Below, piece by piece: positions 57,915-64,000 of a DNA stretch of 64,000 nucleotides. Under the pieces are notes generated by a model that was not told where the DNA came from, ran no database searches, and saw only the letters and a program-made list of their open reading frames with translations. How positions within the stretch are numbered: position 1 is the first letter of the stretch; each line of letters opens with the position of its first letter. The DNA is from an uncultured Chitinophagales bacterium (GTDB lineage: Bacteria > Bacteroidota > Rhodothermia > Balneolales > DATFMH01). The position numbers and the translations under genes are program-made. The stretch is taken from NCBI GenBank assembly GCA_964572735.1, contig CAZNHE010000002.1:7684-71683 (forward strand). Direction: 5' to 3'.

Positions 57915-58259
57915 AAGGTTTGGAGGAGGATCCCGTTCACCTGATCGGTTCCGGGACACGATTGGGGAATCTGCAAATTCATGGGTTAAAAACGCTGCAA
58001 TCCGGCTGCCGGGTCAGCAGAGAAAAGGCCCCATCTAATCTAGTGTCGGGCCCTTCCGGGCGGCTCTGCAGGACAGGGAGGTGATGAGCCTGATCCGGCA
58101 GTAACCCTGGAGAGCTTATTTCCGGGTCCGGACGATCATCCCAGAGGCTTATCTGCCAGGGCGTTGAGAAGATCGAAGCACGTGAAAATTATTTTTATAT
58201 AATCTAAATAAGCATTATAATAGGTCGAAATGATCGCTATTAAGATTATATCTAAATAA

Positions 58260-59492
58260 ATGAAACCTGCGTTGGTATTTCTTTTGTGTTTCGTGGCAGC
58301 GCTACCCTGTCTTGCTCAAAACAGGACAGGGGATGAGGACGAAGCCGGCTCATCCTTGTCTGATTTCGGCCTGAAAGGATACGGGATATTCAACTACTAT
58401 CATTATGATTGGGATACGTATCCTCAAAAAAGAGATGCCGTCGATCTTGAACGGTTTTCCCTGTATCCATCCTACAAGTATAGTGACAAGCTCAGTTTCA
58501 GAGGGGAGATCGAATTCGAACACGGGGGGACCGGAGCAACCAAGGAATTTGATGTTTTTGAGGAGTCCGGGGAATACGAGACCGAAATAGAGAAAGGCGG
58601 AGAGGTCAATATTGAGCAGCTGTACATCCTTTATCATCACAACGATGCTTTTAATCTCAAGCTCGGCAAGGTAAAACTGCCCGTTGGGATTGCTGCCGTT
58701 AAAGATGATCCCACCGAATATTTCACTACTTCGGTATCGCCGGCTGAGGCAACGGTTATACCTGTAGGCTGGTATGAGATCGGAGTGCAGGCACTGGGAT
58801 CCGTGGGGCGGATTGATTACACGCTCTCCTTCGTAAACGGGCTGGACGGCACCGGTTTCAGTTCGGCCAACTGGATTGCTCCGGGCCACCAGGGACGGTT
58901 CGAAATGGTAAACGCCAACAATTTTGCCGGCTCCCTTCGTCTCGATTATCACCCTGATGATGATATCGTGATTGGTTTTTCAGGATATATGGGTAATTCC
59001 ACAGGCAATCGTCCCAAGCCTAATCTTACGTTACCGGCCTGGGTCGGCATCGTGGAAGGACATTTCATGCTGGAAGACGGCCCCTGGAATATTCGCGCAC
59101 TGGCACTGTACGGTCACCTTCAAAATAGCGCCGCCGTCTCTCAGGCCAACCGGAACATTTCCAGCAACCTGCAGGTGAAGCGCGATCCGGTTGGGAAAGC
59201 GGCACTTGCCTGGTATGCCGAAGCCGCCTATGACCTCTCTCGTTATATCCCGTCGGTAACGACCCCAATAGACTTGTTTGGCCGCTACGAATTTTACGAT
59301 TCCATGTACCGGGTGGTGAAAGGCGTCATCAGCGACAACCCCCGATGGGAGCGCCATGCGGTAACCGGCGGCGTCGATGTGTATCTGAACAAAAGAATCG
59401 TGTTAAAATCACAATTCATGCATCGCTGGCTTGGCTTCTCAGGAGCCAATGTGGAGAATACCTTTTCGGTTGGGCTCGGTTTCGAGTTTTAG
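58260..59492 (+). CDS. Outer-membrane beta-barrel (porin-like) protein
   Basis: 410 aa. Signal peptide ending CLAQN. Alternating beta-strand pattern. C-terminal ...FSVGLGFEF with a terminal Phe. Confidence 0.65.
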   Translation: MKPALVFLLCFVAALPCLAQNRTGDEDEAGSSLSDFGLKGYGIFNYYHYDWDTYPQKRDAVDLERFSLYPSYKYSDKLSFRGEIEFEHGGTGATKEFDVFEESGEYETEIEKGGEVNIEQLYILYHHNDAFNLKLGKVKLPVGIAAVKDDPTEYFTTSVSPAEATVIPVGWYEIGVQALGSVGRIDYTLSFVNGLDGTGFSSANWIAPGHQGRFEMVNANNFAGSLRLDYHPDDDIVIGFSGYMGNSTGNRPKPNLTLPAWVGIVEGHFMLEDGPWNIRALALYGHLQNSAAVSQANRNISSNLQVKRDPVGKAALAWYAEAAYDLSRYIPSVTTPIDLFGRYEFYDSMYRVVKGVISDNPRWERHAVTGGVDVYLNKRIVLKSQFMHRWLGFSGANVENTFSVGLGFEF

Positions 59493-59536
59493 CCATCTCA
59501 TTCAACCTAAACATTAAAACGCACATAATTCACGTC

Positions 59537-60619
59537 ATGAAAGGATCATTCGTCGTACCCTTTTTGGCTGCAGGGTCGTTAGGACTACTCATTCTTGCGG
59601 GTTGCAAGGATAGTTCCACGGCTCCACAGTCTCAGCATCTCAATGAGCAGACGGCAGCTTCTGTCTTGCAACAGGCGTCGCAAAATGTGATCCTCCAAAC
59701 CTATATCGATCTTAATACACAGGCGGGACTGCTTCTGAAAGCCGTCAATACTTTGGGCTCGGCTGCCAATGAGGCCAACCTGGAAGCGGCTCAGAAACAA
59801 TGGAGGGATACCCGGGTTCCCTGGGAAGCTTCTGAAGCATTCCTGTTTGGTCCGGTTGAAACGGAAGGTATCGATCCGGGTATCGACAGCTGGCCGGTCA
59901 ACAAAACGGATCTGGACAACGTGCTGAAAAGCAGCGATCCGCTTACCAAAGAGTATGTTGCCGGCCTGGAAGGCACTCTCAAAGGTTTCCACACCATTGA
60001 ATATCTTTTATTCGGGGATAACAACGATAAGGCCGCTTCTGATTTTACCCAGCGGCAGATCGAATATCTGGTCGCCTGCATGGAGTGCCTGAAAGATGCG
60101 ACACAGGATCTCGTGGATCAGTGGAGCCCACAGGGGCAGGATTTTGAGGCGGAATTGACTACGGCCGGGGCCGGAAACCAGATCTATAAAACTCAAAAAG
60201 CGGCTCTTGAGGAGTTAGTAAACGGAATGGAGGGAATTGCCGACGAAGTAGGTAACAGCAAAATTAACGATCCGTTTTCGCAGGAAGACCCGACACTCGT
60301 GGAATCGCAATTCAGCCTGAATTCCAAGACGGATTTTCAGAATAATATCCGGAGCATCCTGCACATCTATACCGGCGATTACGCGGGAAATAACGGACCG
60401 GGAATTACAGATATCGTTCAGCAATACGACGCAACGCTGGATGCCCGTTTTGTTTCCCAGGTCAATGCGGCTATCACGGCCATTGGGAATATTCAGGGAG
60501 CTTTCAAAGATGCCATCACCCAGAATCCGGCCAGCGTTCAGTCCGCCCAGAGTGCCGTACGTACTGTATTCAGCACCCTCCAAAACGATATCAGTCCCCT
60601 GATCAGCAACCTGCAATAA
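59537..60619 (+). CDS. Imelysin (peptidase M75 / IrpA-like) family lipoprotein
   Basis: Lipobox LILAGC. WEASEAFLFGPVE, IDSWPVNKTDLD and GFHTIEYLLFG (HxxE) motifs. Start at the internal ATG 59537. Confidence 0.8.
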   Translation: MKGSFVVPFLAAGSLGLLILAGCKDSSTAPQSQHLNEQTAASVLQQASQNVILQTYIDLNTQAGLLLKAVNTLGSAANEANLEAAQKQWRDTRVPWEASEAFLFGPVETEGIDPGIDSWPVNKTDLDNVLKSSDPLTKEYVAGLEGTLKGFHTIEYLLFGDNNDKAASDFTQRQIEYLVACMECLKDATQDLVDQWSPQGQDFEAELTTAGAGNQIYKTQKAALEELVNGMEGIADEVGNSKINDPFSQEDPTLVESQFSLNSKTDFQNNIRSILHIYTGDYAGNNGPGITDIVQQYDATLDARFVSQVNAAITAIGNIQGAFKDAITQNPASVQSAQSAVRTVFSTLQNDISPLISNLQ

Positions 60620-62013
60620 TGCGCCGGATCATTTGTATACTGGTGTTTTTTGCATGTTTCGCCTTTGCTGCCTGCAACGGACTCTTTTCGGGTAAGAAGA
60701 AGGAACTTCTGGTAATTACCCCCGATGAAATTCGTGCAGGCGGGGCTACTACCGTTTTTGACAATTCCAGCCAGGCGTTTTCTCTGCCGGCCTCCAATCT
60801 GAGCGGCGCCGAATTGCAAAAGCATTTACAGGGAGATCAGGATTTCGAAAGCATTTTCGTAACCGCACCGGCTGTGGTTAACGGCGGGCTGGGTCCTCTT
60901 TTTGACAACAGTTCATGCGTTTCATGCCATGTTCATGACGGCGGCGGCAAACCTTTCTTTGATGACGGACGTATCTCGGCCGTTTTGATCCGCGTAAGCG
61001 GCAATGCCACCGATCGACCCGGAACCCCGCTTCCTATTGATGGATTCGGCACCCAGATACAACACAAGGCCTCGTTTGGAATTAAGGCAGAAGCCAACGT
61101 CATCGTTCATTATCAGATCATCGAGGATACACTTGCCGATGGCACGATCGTGGATTTGCACAAGCCTGTTTACCAGATGACGGATGCTTATAAACCGATA
61201 CCCGCAGGTATCCGGATGTCGGTTCGTACGGCTCCGCCCGTATTCGGCATGGGCTTGCTCGAGGCCATCCCCGAATCGGATATTCTCCTTCGTGCTGATC
61301 CGGATGATCAAAACGGCGACGGGATTTCAGGAAAACCGAACTACGTACCCAACGATTCCACCGGGAAAATGGAGCTGGGCCGGTTTGGCTGGAAAGCAAA
61401 TGAGCCGACGGTTCTTCAGCAGACAGCAATTGCCTATAATGAAGATATGGGCGTCACTTCTCCCTATTATCCAAAGGAGAATATCAACGACAATCCGCAG
61501 GCTGAAGACGGACTGAAGGATGATCCCGAAATCACCCGGGAGGTACTCGACGAAACAGCCTTTTATGTGATGACCCTGGGCGTACCCGCCCGCCGGAATA
61601 CCGACGACCCGATGGTACGGCGCGGGAAGCAGGTTTTCATTACAGCAAAATGTACTTCCTGTCATACTCCCCGGCATGTAACTTCTGCCGATTTTCCCAT
61701 AAAATCTTTAAGAGACCAGGTTGTCTATCCCTATACCGATTTATTATTGCATGATATGGGAGAGGGGCTGGCAGACCATCGCTCAGACTATCAGGCCGAC
61801 GGGAATGAATGGAGAACATCGCCCCTCTGGGGTATTGGCTTGAGCGGAACAGTTAACGGGCAGCCGCTTCATCTTCTCCACGACGGGCGTGCCCAAAGCC
61901 TTCTGGAGGCTGTCTTATGGCATGGGGGAGAGGCGGAATCATCCAAAAGATATGTTGAACACCTGAGCAAGAGAGACAGAGAGGCGCTCATCGCGTTCCT
62001 TGCCTCTTTATAA
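60619..62013 (+). CDS. DUF1111 family dihaem cytochrome c protein (putative thiol oxidoreductase/peroxidase-like)
   Basis: 464 aa. Two CxxCH sites (CVSCH, CTSCH). GRFGWKA and PLWGIGL motifs. The start overlaps the imelysin stop. Confidence 0.8.
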   Translation: MRRIICILVFFACFAFAACNGLFSGKKKELLVITPDEIRAGGATTVFDNSSQAFSLPASNLSGAELQKHLQGDQDFESIFVTAPAVVNGGLGPLFDNSSCVSCHVHDGGGKPFFDDGRISAVLIRVSGNATDRPGTPLPIDGFGTQIQHKASFGIKAEANVIVHYQIIEDTLADGTIVDLHKPVYQMTDAYKPIPAGIRMSVRTAPPVFGMGLLEAIPESDILLRADPDDQNGDGISGKPNYVPNDSTGKMELGRFGWKANEPTVLQQTAIAYNEDMGVTSPYYPKENINDNPQAEDGLKDDPEITREVLDETAFYVMTLGVPARRNTDDPMVRRGKQVFITAKCTSCHTPRHVTSADFPIKSLRDQVVYPYTDLLLHDMGEGLADHRSDYQADGNEWRTSPLWGIGLSGTVNGQPLHLLHDGRAQSLLEAVLWHGGEAESSKRYVEHLSKRDREALIAFLASL

Positions 62014-62018
62014 AAGGA

Positions 62019-62057
62019 AAAGCCCGACAGGTTTCGGAAAACTGTCGGGCTTTAATT
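62019..62057. terminator. Bidirectional rho-independent terminator between the DUF1111 and TPR genes
   Basis: AAAGCCCGACAG/CTGTCGGGCTTT, a 12-bp stem with an 11-nt loop, flanked by an A-run and a T-rich tail. Confidence 0.75.
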
Positions 62058-62098
62058 CCATCTCCCTATTTGGGAGATCATAAAGTGCGGGACGTTTC

Positions 62099-62698
62099 TC
62101 AGGCCGTGGTCCCGAGCTCGTTCGAGGTGAAATATTTATCCAGCATTTCACTTGCCTGCCGATAGCCGAGATTGGCGGCTTTCATGAAGTCGTCTCTTGC
62201 ATAATTATAATTTCCGTACTTCAGGTAAGAATATCCGCGGTTATAAAGGGCGGATATATTCAGAGGATCGATCTGCAGGGCTTTGTTATAATTAATGATA
62301 GCTTCAATCTTATTTTGATAATAATAAAAGTAAATCAACCCCCGGATGATATATGCTTCCGCATCTTTATTATCAAGTTTCAGGCTGTGATTGATATCCC
62401 GGAGGGCCTCTTTCTCCCTGCCCGTATTCATTTCCACATAGGCACGTCTTTTTAAGGCAAGGGCATCTTCGTGATACGAGTCAAGAATGTCATTATAATG
62501 ACGAATTGCCGCGTCGTACTTGCCGTTTGCCTCGTTGATCAATCCCATGACCAGCAAGGCGGTATAATTATCAGACTGCTTTTGCAAAATGTGACGGGCG
62601 GCCTCGATAGCATGCATATAATCTTCGATCTGGAAGTAAAACATACATAATTCATCATTGAACTTTTTACTGATATTTTTTTTCTCTGATGCTTTCAT
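62099..62698 (-). CDS. TPR repeat protein
   Basis: 199 aa. At least four 34-residue repeats (YTALLVMGLINEANGKYDAAIRHYNDIL..., AEAYIIRGLIYFYYYQNKIEAIINYNKALQIDP...). Confidence 0.75.
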   Translation of the reverse strand: MKASEKKNISKKFNDELCMFYFQIEDYMHAIEAARHILQKQSDNYTALLVMGLINEANGKYDAAIRHYNDILDSYHEDALALKRRAYVEMNTGREKEALRDINHSLKLDNKDAEAYIIRGLIYFYYYQNKIEAIINYNKALQIDPLNISALYNRGYSYLKYGNYNYARDDFMKAANLGYRQASEMLDKYFTSNELGTTA

Positions 62699-62842
62699 TT
62701 TTAAACACCCATAGATGTAGCTTAAGGATGATGGTTATAGGAAATTAAAGGACGTGCCGGTTCTTTCTTGCGGAACCGGCCTCTGGGTTCTTCAGATGAT
62801 AACTGAAGACGGGACAGACTTATCTTCTGAAGGCAATTATCT

Positions 62843-62856
62843 GCAGATATATCTGC
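62843..62856. repeat. Perfect 14-bp palindrome in a long intergenic region
   Basis: GCAGATATATCTGC is its own reverse complement. It lies about 150 nt upstream of the TPR gene start. Confidence 0.6.
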
Positions 62857-63236
62857 CTGGTAATAAGTATTCCCGGAGATCGGGACTTCTCACATGGCAA
62901 ACTTTTCAGTCCCCACTGCTGTGGCGTTCCTTATCTCTGTATCCTAAATAACATGATTGTTCTTCCAAAAGCAACATTATTCATGTATTAAAAAAATCAA
63001 ATAATCACGTCCTTAACCGTAAGTAAATGAGGGGCGGTATGAAGGGTGAATGAGGAGGTTTTCGGTTTATATTCTGCCGCCTGTACGTAAACCGTTCTCC
63101 TGCCGGCAACAGGAAAACGTAACGGCAGCTTTCGTCGCGGAAAAAAACATGTCCTCCTGCATAGTTGCAGGCTGTGGTGCCGCGCTCTTATAGAAAAAAC
63201 CGATTATTTGCCTCTGTCGTTCGCTGCCGGGGGTAT

Positions 63237-64000
63237 TTATTTCGACATTCCGCTCCTTTTTTTAAAGGGCTTTTCAGTGATCCTGAAATCTGCGGTACGG
63301 ATATCCTGAACGGTGCCCTTGTCATCCCGTACAGTCATCTTCACATAGTAGGATCCTTCCGCAAAGTCGCTGAGCTCCAGGGCGAGCCAGTGCCGGCCGC
63401 GCCTGTCCGGTTGCCGGTAGAGGACCGTTACGTCGGCATTCTCATTATACGGTTTCGAACTGCGCATCAAAAGACTGTTTTGGTAACGTCCGTAGCTGAA
63501 CTCTATCGAATAATTACCGGGGATGCGATCGTATATCTCGAAAAATACCAACATCTCATCACCATTAGTGAATACGGGATTGAGTGTCGGTGAGAAAGGA
63601 ATCCTCTTCGTTGCCGTCACAGTTTGCTGGTACCCCAGGATCGGATCGCTGACCAGAATTTGTTTGTCATTCCATTTCAACGGGTCGGGCAGGGGTAATT
63701 GCATGGGCCCTGTGCTGTATAGCAACTCCATTCGGCCGTATTTTATATGGTCGTGTTTCATATGTTTGCCATTTCGTCCGAATATATCGATACCCGTAAC
63801 CGGAGATGCCCCGGTAGTATCGGGGTTGAAGAACCAGGTAACAACGCCGCCGGTGCTGCGGATCTGGTGCAGGCCGAAGTTCCGGGCAGCCAGCACATGG
63901 CGGACCCGCGGATCTCTGGTTGCAAGAAACGTGCTTTTCATGGTTACGCTGGTGAGCGGATGTTTCTCTCTCCTTTTAGGCTCCAGGCGCCGGTAAAGCC
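63237..64000 (-). CDS. Hypothetical protein, probably 5-prime truncated by the window edge
   Basis: The first ATG is at 63941, but the frame stays open to nt 64000. The C-terminal region (GSYYVKMTVRDDKGTVQDIRTADFRI) looks like a beta-sandwich repeat. No family recognised. Confidence 0.5.
   Translation of the reverse strand, partial: LYRRLEPKRREKHPLTSVTMKSTFLATRDPRVRHVLAARNFGLHQIRSTGGVVTWFFNPDTTGASPVTGIDIFGRNGKHMKHDHIKYGRMELLYSTGPMQLPLPDPLKWNDKQILVSDPILGYQQTVTATKRIPFSPTLNPVFTNGDEMLVFFEIYDRIPGNYSIEFSYGRYQNSLLMRSSKPYNENADVTVLYRQPDRRGRHWLALELSDFAEGSYYVKMTVRDDKGTVQDIRTADFRITEKPFKKRSGMSK

Noticed and set aside
57930-58110. Possible cobalamin or TPP riboswitch (GGGGAA, AATCCGGCTGCC and CCTGATCCGG segments)
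   Set aside because: The diagnostic cores are missing or mis-spaced. These are the B12 box AGCCAGGAGACCTGCC, CCCGCAACTGTAA, and the TPP CTGAGA with its ACCC pairing partner. The resemblance is limited to short GC-rich words.
62754-62951. 65-aa plus-strand ORF in the long intergenic region
   Set aside because: It has no start context, no motif, and an odd composition, and it is interrupted by hairpin and palindrome sequences. It is more likely non-coding.

Overview
The window holds about 70 tightly packed protein-coding genes from a flagellated diderm bacterium. I found no rRNA, tRNA, CRISPR array, transposase or integrase. By eye, GC content is mid-range and most starts lack a Shine-Dalgarno sequence. 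Together with a DUF4834-like protein, SusC-type plug and CarboxypepD_reg modules, imelysin and DUF4139, this suggests an FCB-group lineage (Bacteroidota, Balneolota, Ignavibacteriota or Calditrichota-like); that is inference only.

Layout:
- 1-8.7 kb: flagellin island. Two glycosyltransferase-TPR fusions, then fliC, fliS, fliD, flaG, a FliT-like ORF and flgM.
- 8.8-17.8 kb: an orphan sigma-54 activator, then cheA-cheW-cheR-cheD-cheY-cheX-cheB, plus a convergent cheY and CheZ-like pair.
- 17.9-27.5 kb, minus strand: one long operon, flgF-flgG-flgA-flgH-flgI-flgJ-like-flgN-like-flgK-flgL-fliW-csrA-TPR-GT2/TPR.
- 28-31 kb: dNK, folK, dnaA and a DnaA-box-rich candidate oriC.
- 31-50 kb: housekeeping genes (prmC, eno, RRM protein, recF, DUF721, ispH, smc, frr, pyrH, tsf, rpsB, rpsI, rplM, hisIE, hisF).
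- 50-64 kb: accessory envelope and metal genes. These include a stand-alone TonB plug, a phasin-like protein, a CarboxypepD_reg protein, an EEP-selU-selD operon, DUF4139, a beta-barrel/imelysin/DUF1111 dihaem operon, and TPR proteins.

Most notable observations:
- A CsrA-type GGA hairpin lies in the flagellin leader, with fliW-csrA encoded 15 kb away.
- Four sigma-28-type promoters are present. One is a perfect TAAA-N15-GCCGATAA that uses the cheA stop codon as its -35.
- Three glycosyltransferase-TPR fusions sit in two motility loci, suggesting flagellin glycosylation.
- A divergent CheZ-like phosphatase has the D-x3-Q motif and a FliM-like C-terminal peptide. It coexists with CheX and CheD.
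- Several long unassigned intergenic regions contain clear secondary-structure or repeat motifs.

I saw no defence, toxin or mobile system. All functional calls rest on motif recognition by eye; no database search was run.
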